NCBI GenBank assembly: GCA_039630055.1
Contig: JBCNVN010000001.1
Span: 1 to 64,000, forward strand
Source: Candidatus Caldarchaeales archaeon
Lineage (GTDB): Archaea > Thermoproteota > Nitrososphaeria_A > Caldarchaeales > Wolframiiraptoraceae
Direction of reading: 5' to 3'
DNA: 64,000 bases
Part shown: in pieces, positions 28,531 to 38,397 of the stretch
Position numbering within the stretch: the stretch's first letter is position 1
Layout of the letters: every line of letters begins with the position of its first letter
Notes under the pieces: model-generated
What the model saw: only the letters and a program-made list of their open reading frames with translations
The model's database searches: none
What the model was told of the DNA's origin: nothing
Program-made: the position numbers and the translations under genes

Positions 28531-29982
28531 ATGAAGATTTTATCTAAGAGTAGTGATAAGATCGAGTTCTTAGCATATCCAGATGAAGAATTGTTTGAAC
28601 GTGGAGACTATCTTATAGTAGAAGATGGGGGTAGAAGACTCTTAGTCCAAGTAATCGATATAGAGTATGCAGATCTACCTGGGAAGCTTGAAGATACTCT
28701 TAGAGAGCTCTCAATTGAAGATGTACAAGAGGTCTCTTTAGTCGATCCTTACTCTATCGGTTCTCTGATAGCCAAGCTTAGAGAGACCCGGTTAATAATA
28801 GCTAAGTTCAGGGGTATAATCATCAACGGTGAGCTTAGAAATGATGTATTATGGCTTCCATCTAGATTCTACTCAAGGATTCAGAGAGCTTCACCATCAT
28901 TAATTATAGAGTTATCGAAGAGTGGTGGGAGAAGATCGATAGTGTTAGGCGAATTTATGGGAGATTGGTTTACCATTAATGCCGAGTCTCTAGATGGTAG
29001 GCTAACGATAATAACAGGGAAGAAAGAGATGGGTAAATCCCATCTAGCAAAATTGTTAGTTGCAGGTCTCATAGAGTATGGAGCCCGAGTAATTGTATTC
29101 GATATAAATGGTGAGTATAGTGGATTATCACGAAGGATTGATGGTTCAGAGAGCGAGTTATCTGAAAGACTCGTAATACTGATACCGGGAAAAAGTTTTA
29201 AGGTATCTATAGAAGAAACAGGTCTGAAGACTCTTCTAGATATACTTCGATATGTCTATGATACTCCCCCATCCAGCCTTAGAGAATTTAGTAGAATATG
29301 GTATCTTGTAGAGAAAACTTACAGGAGGGTAACCCTTAAAGGATTGATCGAGGCAGTATCTAGAGCTCAGATGAATGAATCTATAAGAGAGGCATTAGTT
29401 AGCAGGCTCTCGTCTATAGAGAGTCTAGAATTCTTTGATGATGAGGATCCCACCACGGTAGAAGAGCTTCTCGAAGGTCTAGAGTATGGTGGAGCACTAA
29501 TAGTAGACCTCTCTACCAGTTTACCTAATGGAAGAAGAGTTGTGGTAGAGTATCTCTTGAGCAAGCTATCATCGATGATGGATAGAAGTCGTGTTCTACC
29601 ATTATTCCTTGTAGCTGAGGAGGCTCATCTATATCTAAGGGAGACTTACTGGGATGACCTGGTTACTAGGATGAGGCATATAGGTATATTCCCAATATTC
29701 GTTACTAATCAGCCCGACATGATCCCAGACTCAGTATACAGGCAAGCAGACAACATATTTCTCTTCAATTTTACAAATGATTCGGATCTCGAGTATCTAG
29801 CTAAGGCTTCTCGGGTAGATGCAGAGACGGTAAAGGGTATAGTGAAAGCTTTGCCTCCGAGGAAATGTCTCGTTATAGGTAGAGTCGTAAATGATCTACC
29901 TGTCGTCGTCAAGGTTAGAGAACTAATGGTGAAGACTATGGGTGAGACCAGGCTCTTCTTTACATCTATTAGAGAACAGTAA
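28531..29982 (+). CDS. herA: HerA/FtsK-family ATPase
   Basis: N-terminal HAS-barrel-like region, Walker A GKKEMGKS, FDINGEY, Walker B AEEAH, RMRHIG. Confidence 0.88.
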   Translation: MKILSKSSDKIEFLAYPDEELFERGDYLIVEDGGRRLLVQVIDIEYADLPGKLEDTLRELSIEDVQEVSLVDPYSIGSLIAKLRETRLIIAKFRGIIINGELRNDVLWLPSRFYSRIQRASPSLIIELSKSGGRRSIVLGEFMGDWFTINAESLDGRLTIITGKKEMGKSHLAKLLVAGLIEYGARVIVFDINGEYSGLSRRIDGSESELSERLVILIPGKSFKVSIEETGLKTLLDILRYVYDTPPSSLREFSRIWYLVEKTYRRVTLKGLIEAVSRAQMNESIREALVSRLSSIESLEFFDDEDPTTVEELLEGLEYGGALIVDLSTSLPNGRRVVVEYLLSKLSSMMDRSRVLPLFLVAEEAHLYLRETYWDDLVTRMRHIGIFPIFVTNQPDMIPDSVYRQADNIFLFNFTNDSDLEYLAKASRVDAETVKGIVKALPPRKCLVIGRVVNDLPVVVKVRELMVKTMGETRLFFTSIREQ

Positions 29983-31810
29983 CACTCTTGGCCAGATTTC
30001 TAGGCTTATCTGGATCGAATCCTTTTTCGATGGTTATATAATATGCTAGAAGCTGGAATGGGATTATGTATATTATCGGAGAAAGTAGTTCCCTTATGGA
30101 CGGTAATCCTAGATACCAGTCTGAGAGCTCCTCCAATTCTCTATCTTCTTCATCTCCAACACAATAGATATCTGCTCCACGAGCTTTCATCTCCATTATA
30201 TTCCCTATAATATGTTTACGTGTACTATCGTTTGGCGCTATAAAGAATACTGGATAACCTTCTTCTACAACACTTATCGGGCCATGCTTACTCTCTCCAG
30301 CTGGATAAGCTATACAGGGAATATAGGTTAGCTCCATAACTTTTAATCTTGCTTCGAGTGCTGTAGCATAGCTTATACCTCTTCCCAAAAAGAAGATACT
30401 TGAGAATCTTGCTGCTTTCTTTGAAAACTCAGCGATAGGCTTCTCCGATTTTTTTATTACTTTCTCAACTATTTGGGGAAGACTTTTTAAATCATCCTGG
30501 AATTCATCTATCTCATGCTGTGAGATCTTTCCTCTCTTCCTCGCGAGTCTCAAGGCTAGTAGAGCTAGAACAGTTAACTGGGATGTAAAAGTCTTGGTTG
30601 CTGCAACACTTATCTCAGGTCCAGCATTCTGTAGAATATATGCTCTCGCAATCCTTGTTAGTGTCGAGCCTAAAACATTGGTTAAACCAATTATGGTGGC
30701 GGCTCTAAATCTTGCATAGTCTAATGCTGTTAAGACATCCGCTGTCTCACCTGATTGGCTCAGCGCGAATATGACGGTGTCCACCCCTATCGAGCTACCA
30801 TAGTTCTCTATAAATTCAGAGGCTATCACAGGATAAGCTGTAAGTCTAGCAAGTTTTGAGAACATGTAAGATCCAACAATACATGCATTATATGATGTAC
30901 CTGAAGCTAGTAAGAATATCTCTCTCCCCCTATCTACTAGCTCCGTTATTAGGTCTAGGTATTTTTCTTGAGTTCTTAATGCTTCTCTGATAGCACTAGG
31001 CTGCTCGAATATCTCTTTAATGAAAAAGTGTGGGAACCCACCCTTAGTCGCCATTTCTAGAGTCCAATCAAGCTCTGTAATCTTTCTCTCAACCCTCAAC
31101 CCAGTCTCTATCTGAATGATCTTGACATCTTCTGGGGTTATTATTGATAAATCTCCATTTTGTAGGAAAATTACCTTATTAGTGTGTTCGATTAGTGCAG
31201 CTACGTCGCTTGCGATAAGTTTCATATCTCTTGCTAAACCTATGACTAGAGGCGACTCATTTCTGGCAACAACTATCTTATCCGGCTCATCAGCATAGAT
31301 AACGGCTATAGCATAGCTTCCTCTAAGTTTTCTAACAGATTCTAATACAGCCTCAGTAAGATTCTTACCAAGTTTCAGATATTCTTCTATTAGATGGGCT
31401 ATAACTTCTGTATCAGTCTTAGACTTGAAGATATGTTTTCTAGCTTCAAGCTCTTGCCTCAGCTCTAGAAAATTCTCCAATACACCATTGTGAACTACTA
31501 CTACTTTTTCTTCACAGTCTAGGTGTGGATGGGCATTAACCTTGGAGGGTGCTCCATGCGTGGCCCATCTAGTATGGGCTACGCCTATTGTTCCAGGCAT
31601 ATCTAGAAAGTTCAGTCTAGAATGTATCTCGTCTATCTTACCAACATCTTTTTTAATGATAACCTTATTACCGAATATTGTTGAGACCCCTGCTGAGTCA
31701 TATCCTCTATACTCTAACCTCTTGAGAGAGCTGTAGAGTATTTTGGCCACATCACCTTCTCTGGTAATGCATCCAGCTATGCCACACATCTTAATCCGAT
31801 TACTCTTCAA
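29969..31810 (-). CDS. glmS: Glutamine-fructose-6-phosphate aminotransferase (true start MCGIA)
   Basis: MCGI, RLEYRGYDSAG, HTRWATHG, SQSGETAD, PRNLAKSVTV. Confidence 0.97.
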   Translation of the reverse strand: MKSNRIKMCGIAGCITREGDVAKILYSSLKRLEYRGYDSAGVSTIFGNKVIIKKDVGKIDEIHSRLNFLDMPGTIGVAHTRWATHGAPSKVNAHPHLDCEEKVVVVHNGVLENFLELRQELEARKHIFKSKTDTEVIAHLIEEYLKLGKNLTEAVLESVRKLRGSYAIAVIYADEPDKIVVARNESPLVIGLARDMKLIASDVAALIEHTNKVIFLQNGDLSIITPEDVKIIQIETGLRVERKITELDWTLEMATKGGFPHFFIKEIFEQPSAIREALRTQEKYLDLITELVDRGREIFLLASGTSYNACIVGSYMFSKLARLTAYPVIASEFIENYGSSIGVDTVIFALSQSGETADVLTALDYARFRAATIIGLTNVLGSTLTRIARAYILQNAGPEISVAATKTFTSQLTVLALLALRLARKRGKISQHEIDEFQDDLKSLPQIVEKVIKKSEKPIAEFSKKAARFSSIFFLGRGISYATALEARLKVMELTYIPCIAYPAGESKHGPISVVEEGYPVFFIAPNDSTRKHIIGNIMEMKARGADIYCVGDEEDRELEELSDWYLGLPSIRELLSPIIYIIPFQLLAYYITIEKGFDPDKPRNLAKSVTVL

Positions 31811-31989
31811 TATAGCATGCTTTTAGAGATTGCTCTTCTAGAATAATCAAGTCTACCATTCTGACCTCTAGAACCTTTAATGGCCAATCCTCCAATATAT
31901 ACAGGGTATTTTCTAAGTATTCTTCATGGAATCTATCTAAACCAATCTACGAGTAAGGGATAAAATAGAGTTAAGACTTATCGTTCTAG

Positions 31990-32718
31990 ATGAATAGAAT
32001 GAATGATAATCTATTAGATGAAGAAGTTAGAGCAGAATTCAGAGGCCGATTAGAGAATTTTCTCAGTATACTTAACTCTCAGATAGAACGGCTTAGAATT
32101 AGATATGTAGAGATGGAGTCGAGAGGTAGAGAATACTTTGAGAAAGTTATTGAGTGCTTGGTGAATATGGATGAAGAGAGAGCTAGAATATATGCTGAAG
32201 AGATTGCTGAGATAAGAAAGCTTGCCGAGATGGTTAAGAAGAGTCAGCTTCTCCTACTACAGGTAAAGATCAGGGTAGAAACTATCGTAGAGATAACTGA
32301 GGTAATAGGATTGATATTTCCTATAACATCTCTACTGGCTGAAGTAGAAGATGAGCTTAGGCCTATCGCACCTGAAGTAGTTCAGAACCTCCATGAACTA
32401 TCAGTCTGTATAGAAGAATTTACATCTACCACGATCCATAATAGGTTGGAGCCTGTGAGATATGAAGAACTGAGTAGAGAGGCGGAGAAGATCTTAATAG
32501 AGGCTCAGAAGCATGCTGTAGAGATCGTTAAGGATAAGTTTCCAGATATTCCTACGCTGGATGAAAACGAGAGGAAAGTCTATGCCTATCTATCTAAAAA
32601 TAGTAATGAGATAGATCTAGAGAGGTGTTCTAAAGAATTAAAGTTGGATGTTAAAGAAGTAAGGAATATTTTAGCATCTTTAGAAGAGAAGGGGTTGATA
32701 GAAGTAGAAGGCGAGTAG
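31990..32718 (+). CDS. cdvB: ESCRT-III/Snf7 protein (CdvB type) with MIM2-like motif and C-terminal winged helix
   Basis: ERARIYAEEIAEIRK Snf7 core, EAEKILIEA, KFPDIP, C-terminal wH (VYAYL...LEEKGLI). Confidence 0.85.
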   Translation: MNRMNDNLLDEEVRAEFRGRLENFLSILNSQIERLRIRYVEMESRGREYFEKVIECLVNMDEERARIYAEEIAEIRKLAEMVKKSQLLLLQVKIRVETIVEITEVIGLIFPITSLLAEVEDELRPIAPEVVQNLHELSVCIEEFTSTTIHNRLEPVRYEELSREAEKILIEAQKHAVEIVKDKFPDIPTLDENERKVYAYLSKNSNEIDLERCSKELKLDVKEVRNILASLEEKGLIEVEGE

Positions 32719-33039
32719 GAGAAGTATCACCGGGAACTTAATAACTACAATACTGGGTCTCTCTTTCCAAAGAATTATAGATATAAAAATTAGTTTGGCA
32801 TAATCTAATGAAGATCATACAATATCAACTTCTTTGATGAGCCTCCTACTCTAGAATATATTCAAGATTGTTACGAAAACCGCCACATACCAAAGGGTAA
32901 TAATTATTGTTTTGAGGGGTAAAATTAAAAATTTTACAATAAATTTATCATTTTATGGAAAATATGTTATAATCTAGAGTGTGTGGGTTGGAAAACCTAA
33001 TAATAGAGTACATTAAAGAACAATATAGATCAGTAGTGT

Positions 33040-33711
33040 ATGTCAAAGACTGTCGATCTATCTTTTAGTAGGATAGGTACCAGTGTAAGGGCAGCCCAAA
33101 AAAAGAGTATTATAAAGATTATTGAAGCTGGTCCTGAGCTTGTAAAGTTAGTTGAAGATGCTGATGATACTGTCATCGATTGTAAGATCTCTAAGGGGCC
33201 AAGAGAATTTTGGAAGATCGATACTGGGATAAAGCTACTCGACAAGCTTATCCATATTATCTCATATTATTCTAGATTTAATATAGAGCTCATAGTAAAT
33301 TATAAATCTGGTAAACCTAGCTACAAGATCGTTGAGGCTTCTGGCAGAGTTTTAGGAAGAACATTCAGAGTTATCGCAGATGAGAGGTCAAGAAGATATG
33401 GGATTTATGGTTATGGGTATGGGCAAGGAATCTTTAAAGAAGCGGTTTCAGAATCAAGGATATCTCTTGAGTCTGGAGCTGGATGCTGGATAAGCAGAAG
33501 CGGAGCTATAAAGGTTTTTGGAAGAGTAGAAGAATTACCAGAAGAATCTATAAAATTATTCTTTGAAGAGTTTTCAAAAGAACTCAATGGTACTATTCAT
33601 TTAGATCTAGTCCGGGCTGAGAGCCCACATAATCTATGGATCTCTGCTTTTATGGCTTTTGGTGAAGCTCTTAGACAAGTATTCCGAGAAGATGAATGGA
33701 GTAAGAAATAG
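33040..33711 (+). CDS. Imidazoleglycerol-phosphate dehydratase (HisB)-like protein lacking metal-binding motifs
   Basis: IDTGIKLLDKL, FFEEFS, TIHLD, AFMAFGEALRQ follow the IGPD fold, but both HHxxE motifs are absent. Confidence 0.7.
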   Translation: MSKTVDLSFSRIGTSVRAAQKKSIIKIIEAGPELVKLVEDADDTVIDCKISKGPREFWKIDTGIKLLDKLIHIISYYSRFNIELIVNYKSGKPSYKIVEASGRVLGRTFRVIADERSRRYGIYGYGYGQGIFKEAVSESRISLESGAGCWISRSGAIKVFGRVEELPEESIKLFFEEFSKELNGTIHLDLVRAESPHNLWISAFMAFGEALRQVFREDEWSKK

Positions 33712-33760
33712 AGATGGTAGAGATCATGAAAGCTCCCTATTGAACCATATAATATTTCGA

Positions 33761-35890
33761 CTACTTTCTATAGATAAACCCTCTTACATCGACGGCGACG
33801 AATCTGTCACCATTAGCTATCAGCGGATTTATCTCAAACTGTTTTATTGAAGGATTCTCAAAGATTATAGATGAGAAATCTGAGATCTTTTCTGCCAGAA
33901 TCTTTAGGTTAACACTTGGTAAACCTCTATATCCTTCTAGTAACTTCTTCATCTTTAACTCGCTTATCATTTCTTCAGCTTCATGAGTTTCTACGGGTGC
34001 AACTCTAACAGAGATATCTTTCATGATCTCTGTGAAGACTCCTCCAAGGCCGATGCTAACTATAGGTCCGAAGATAGGGTCCCAGTCTGAGCCGAGTATT
34101 AATTCTAAGCCATTAACCATCTCCTGTATAATCGCACCCTCCCACTCTACTCCAATCTCAGCTACTCTATCCCTAAGATGTCTATATGCTTCTAACAGCT
34201 CTTCTGGTTTTTTTAATCCTAATATAACTCCACCTACATCGGTTTTATGAGCGATCTTTCTAGAAAAGATCTTCATGACATATGGTGGTGAGAGATCTTC
34301 AATAACTTTTTCTAGTTCTTTTTCCTCTGTAACTTTAATAGTTTTAGGAGCCTCTATACCGTACTGATTTATTATCTCTATAGTATGCTCTAATGATAGT
34401 GGGCCATTAGATAGATCTCCTATCCAGCTTAGTTTATCATTTCTATAAGGATAGTTGAAGGTTCTAGGCATAGGTCTCTTATAAGATGTAAGTGCTGATA
34501 GTGCTTTTATAGCTCTTCTAATATCTGGATATGAAGGTATTCTCAGCTTGTCAAACTTCTCCCTAATCAGCTTGGACCATTCAGACTCTCCATACTCACA
34601 TACAACGGTTGGAGCATTATACTTTCTAATAACATTGAATAACCTATCGGTGATCGTTTCATCTATCGCTGGAGGTTGATGGCTTGGCAGTATCAGATAG
34701 AGATCATAATAACCTTCTGAGCATACTGTTCTGAATACTTGTTCAAATGATTCAGAGGTTCCTTGAGCGGTTAGATCTAGAGGATTCTGGACTATGGCTA
34801 TTTGAGGTATAACTCCATGCTTCTTTAATTCTTCAAGATTTTCCTTCAGCTTTACGGTTAGATCTGGTAATGTTAATCCATGAAGTAAGGCTAGATCCGA
34901 AGAAAGTACAGCGAGCCCACCAGCATTAGTTAAGACGAATAGCTTATTTCCATCTACTGGTCTAAGCATGCTGAAGACCTTGACTACGTCGACCATCTCT
35001 TCTAAATCTTCAACCTCTATCACCCCAGCTTGCTTGAATACACCTCTATAGACCTGCATTCTACCGACCATACTCGCCGTATGAGTGTATGCAGCTTTGC
35101 TAGCTGCCTCCGTCTTGCCAGCCTTCATTATTACCACCGGCTTCATCGTGGAGGCCTCGATAAGAGCATTTAGGAATCTTCTACCATCTCTCACACCCTC
35201 TAGATATATGACGATAACCTTGGTTGCCTCATCATATGCAAAATATTTTAAGAAATCCTCGGTGCTTAGATCGATCTGGTTACCCACGCTAACCACTGCT
35301 CTTACTCCTACTCCCCCTGCTTTAAGACAGTCCATCAATATCTCGCTTATCGCACCACTCTGAGAGATTACAGTGACATTCCCTAATACTGCTTCTGGAA
35401 GACTCTCGGCAAGCCTTCCATCGGATAGGGGTTTCTGAAATGGTAGAAAGAAGGTATCTATACCTGAAAGCATATCGAGTATTCCGATAGTGTTAGGTCC
35501 AAGAACACGGATTCCTGTTTCTACGATCACCTTCCTCAACTTTTCATCTAGATCTCTTCTACCGATCTCTCCGAATCCTCCACTGATAACTATGGCGGCT
35601 TTTACTCCGTTCTCTCCAGCTTCTCTTAAAACATCTATAACAGATTCAGCCGGTATAGCGATTACCACGAGATCAACTCTTTCCCCTATCTCAGAGATCT
35701 TAGAATAAACTTTTACATTGTTTAGAGTACTTATTTTTGGGTTAACTGGATAGATCTCTGCTTTTAGTCTTCCAGAAATCTTGTTCCTCATAAGTTTTTG
35801 ATATATTATGCTACCAAGTTTTGACGGGTCACTAGAAACCCCTATGACGGCAATAGATCTTGGATTAAAGAATGAGTTCAAGTCTTCCAT
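33761..35890 (-). CDS. ADP-forming acyl-CoA synthetase, alpha-beta fusion
   Basis: FFNPRSIAVIG, GPNTIG, SQSGA, HTASM, NPLDL, HKTDVGGV, FEINPL. Confidence 0.92.
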   Translation of the reverse strand: MEDLNSFFNPRSIAVIGVSSDPSKLGSIIYQKLMRNKISGRLKAEIYPVNPKISTLNNVKVYSKISEIGERVDLVVIAIPAESVIDVLREAGENGVKAAIVISGGFGEIGRRDLDEKLRKVIVETGIRVLGPNTIGILDMLSGIDTFFLPFQKPLSDGRLAESLPEAVLGNVTVISQSGAISEILMDCLKAGGVGVRAVVSVGNQIDLSTEDFLKYFAYDEATKVIVIYLEGVRDGRRFLNALIEASTMKPVVIMKAGKTEAASKAAYTHTASMVGRMQVYRGVFKQAGVIEVEDLEEMVDVVKVFSMLRPVDGNKLFVLTNAGGLAVLSSDLALLHGLTLPDLTVKLKENLEELKKHGVIPQIAIVQNPLDLTAQGTSESFEQVFRTVCSEGYYDLYLILPSHQPPAIDETITDRLFNVIRKYNAPTVVCEYGESEWSKLIREKFDKLRIPSYPDIRRAIKALSALTSYKRPMPRTFNYPYRNDKLSWIGDLSNGPLSLEHTIEIINQYGIEAPKTIKVTEEKELEKVIEDLSPPYVMKIFSRKIAHKTDVGGVILGLKKPEELLEAYRHLRDRVAEIGVEWEGAIIQEMVNGLELILGSDWDPIFGPIVSIGLGGVFTEIMKDISVRVAPVETHEAEEMISELKMKKLLEGYRGLPSVNLKILAEKISDFSSIIFENPSIKQFEINPLIANGDRFVAVDVRGFIYRK

Positions 35891-36002
35891 ATTTTCTCCA
35901 TCCTCAATTATATCTATATGGAGTAAGTAATCAACCTTAATACTAGATAGAGGTTTTACTTATCGGAGAAATATTAATTCGATCTTTAGGCTCTTCTTAT
36001 CC

Positions 36003-37349
36003 CTAACTTTCATTCGGCCTGATGAATGTTCCGAGTGCTTTATCTGTAATAACCTCGCCTTCTTCAGCTATCTTAACCCCTCTAAGTATAGTGTACCTTA
36101 TCTTTCCTCTTAGACTCCATCCATCATAGGGTGTTATCTTATGTTTACTATGAAGTTTATTAGATTGAATTATGTTAACTCTCTCTGGATCAACGATTAC
36201 CAGGTCTCCGTCTGCACCAATCTTTAAAGAACCTTTTCTAGGATATATTCCGAAGATCCTTGCCGGGTTTTCTGATAGGGTGAGAGGTATCGTCTCTATC
36301 GGGATCCTACCTTTTAATGCAGCATCAAGCATTAGTGGGAACAATGTCTCGACCCCTATGAATCCAGAGGCGGCTTCCCAGATATCTTTTGTCTTCTCTT
36401 CTAATGTATGTGGAGCATGATCAGATGCTATGCAATCTATTATCTTTCTATTTAAACCATTCAATAAGCTTATCTGATCTTTCTTACTTCTTAGAGGTGG
36501 ATTGATCTTTACGAGTGGACCATATTTTAGCTGGTCTTCATAAGTCATCAACAAGTATTGGGGGCAGGTCTCTCCATAAGCATTAACCCTCATCATCTTA
36601 GCTCTAGCTAGAAGGTTTACAGACTCACCGGTACTCATATGGACTATCAGAACCTTCCCACCTGTTTTCTTTGCATAGATGAGGATTCTAGATACAGCTT
36701 CTTCTTCACATATGTTTGGTCTAGAGTCTGGATGTACAAGCGGATCTCTCCTACCACTACTTTTCACTTTCTCAGTATAATATTTTATAAGCTCGTAATT
36801 TTCTGCATGGAATGCTAGTGTAAAACCGTATTTATGGCTCTTCTCCATGGCCTCGATGATAAGCTTATCAGGTGGAGGAGGGATATCTCCCGTGGTAGGA
36901 CCCATGAAAACTTTGAAGCCGATAGCTCCATCAAACCACATATCTTCTAGTTCATCTATATTTGAGTCATGGAGAACACCGTACAATCCATAATCTACAT
37001 ATGCTTTATTCTTCAAGATCTCTCTCTTCTCCCTCAATCTCTCAGCGGAGTCTACAGGTGGAAGAGTATTAGGCATCTCTAATATTGTCGTCACACCTCC
37101 AGCGGCCGCCGCAAGAGTCCCCGTCATGAAATCTTCTTTATACGTTAGTCCGGGTTCTCTCATATGTACATGCTCGTCTACTACTCCTGGAAAGACTAGT
37201 AGGCCTCTAGCATCTAAGACTTCTACACTATTGCTTTTGAGATCTTTACCTATGGCCTCGATGACTCCGTCCACTATGAGTAGGTCGAGCTCTTCTACCC
37301 CGCTAGGTAGTACTAGCCTTCCCCCCTTTACGAGTATGCTACCGTTCAT
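36003..37349 (-). CDS. Dihydroorotase/allantoinase-family cyclic amidohydrolase
   Basis: DEHVHMREPG, EMPNT, FKVFM, INPPLR, SDHAPH; proximity to pyrB favours PyrC. Confidence 0.85.
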   Translation of the reverse strand: MNGSILVKGGRLVLPSGVEELDLLIVDGVIEAIGKDLKSNSVEVLDARGLLVFPGVVDEHVHMREPGLTYKEDFMTGTLAAAAGGVTTILEMPNTLPPVDSAERLREKREILKNKAYVDYGLYGVLHDSNIDELEDMWFDGAIGFKVFMGPTTGDIPPPPDKLIIEAMEKSHKYGFTLAFHAENYELIKYYTEKVKSSGRRDPLVHPDSRPNICEEEAVSRILIYAKKTGGKVLIVHMSTGESVNLLARAKMMRVNAYGETCPQYLLMTYEDQLKYGPLVKINPPLRSKKDQISLLNGLNRKIIDCIASDHAPHTLEEKTKDIWEAASGFIGVETLFPLMLDAALKGRIPIETIPLTLSENPARIFGIYPRKGSLKIGADGDLVIVDPERVNIIQSNKLHSKHKITPYDGWSLRGKIRYTILRGVKIAEEGEVITDKALGTFIRPNES

Positions 37350-37532
37350 CTTATTCCTCCATTCTACGACTCAACTAATCGTTTACTCTATATATCTATT
37401 TTATTTTAAAAATTATCTAGGTTCTTGGTTTCATCCATAGATTCAATCAATAAACTTTAACATATAAAATCGTCAAGATAAGATGTATACAGAATATTTA
37501 TTATTTAAGTCTGGAGAAGTTATCATCAAGAG

Positions 37533-38288
37533 ATGGGCTCGGACATTGTAGCTTTAATTTTAGCTGGTGGAGAAGGTAGCAGACTTAGACCATTATCCTA
37601 CTATTTTCAGAAATGTATGATCCCGATAGGCTCTAGACAGAAACCATTACTCGAATACATTATACGGAATCTTAAAAAACATTCTTTGAGAGATATCTTG
37701 ATCGCGGTCGGCTATAAAGCTGAACAGATAATCAACTATTTCAGAGACGGTAACGAATATAGTTTAAACATAAGATATGTACATGACAGCCCGGATCTGA
37801 AGGGTACCGGTGGATCACTACTAAATATATTCAGAGGAGGATATCTTCAAGAATATAATACGATACTAATCCACTATGGAGACATACTTTCAAATATTGA
37901 TCTATCCCATATGCTTAAGAATTATAGGGAGAGTGGAGCAGACGTAATGGTTGCATTATCTTCAAAATATCAACTGCCTGTAGGAGTTGCACGGGTAGAT
38001 GAAGAAAACACGATAGTATCTTTTGAGGAGAAGCCTTCAATAAACATATATGTCAGCATAGGTATAGTAATCTTGAACTCAAAGGTTTTGGCTGATCTTA
38101 ATAGACTTGCTACAGATATGAGAAGTCTAGATATTATGTCAGACTTTATCCCTTATCTCATCAAGTCTAAGAGAATGGTTAAAGCGTATATTACAGATTC
38201 ATTCTGGTACGATGTTGGATCGATAGAGAAATATGAAAAGCTTACAAATGAACTAGTTGAGAGATATCTGGCTGATCTAGAGAAATAA
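37533..38288 (+). CDS. Sugar-phosphate nucleotidyltransferase
   Basis: LAGGEGSRLRPL, GTGG, YGDI, FEEKP, WYDVG. Confidence 0.9.
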   Translation: MGSDIVALILAGGEGSRLRPLSYYFQKCMIPIGSRQKPLLEYIIRNLKKHSLRDILIAVGYKAEQIINYFRDGNEYSLNIRYVHDSPDLKGTGGSLLNIFRGGYLQEYNTILIHYGDILSNIDLSHMLKNYRESGADVMVALSSKYQLPVGVARVDEENTIVSFEEKPSINIYVSIGIVILNSKVLADLNRLATDMRSLDIMSDFIPYLIKSKRMVKAYITDSFWYDVGSIEKYEKLTNELVERYLADLEK

Positions 38289-38397
38289 CCGAGATCATTA
38301 TACTGAGTATGCTAGAAGCCTATATCGTTACATATAGTCGTGTAAGCATATTTTTATCGGCTAAAGATTAAGAATAGGCAAGCTCATCTCTTAAAAA

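Noticed and set aside
32720-33039. AT-rich gap as a replication origin
   Set aside because: No ORB-like repeats recognised and no cdc6/orc1 nearby
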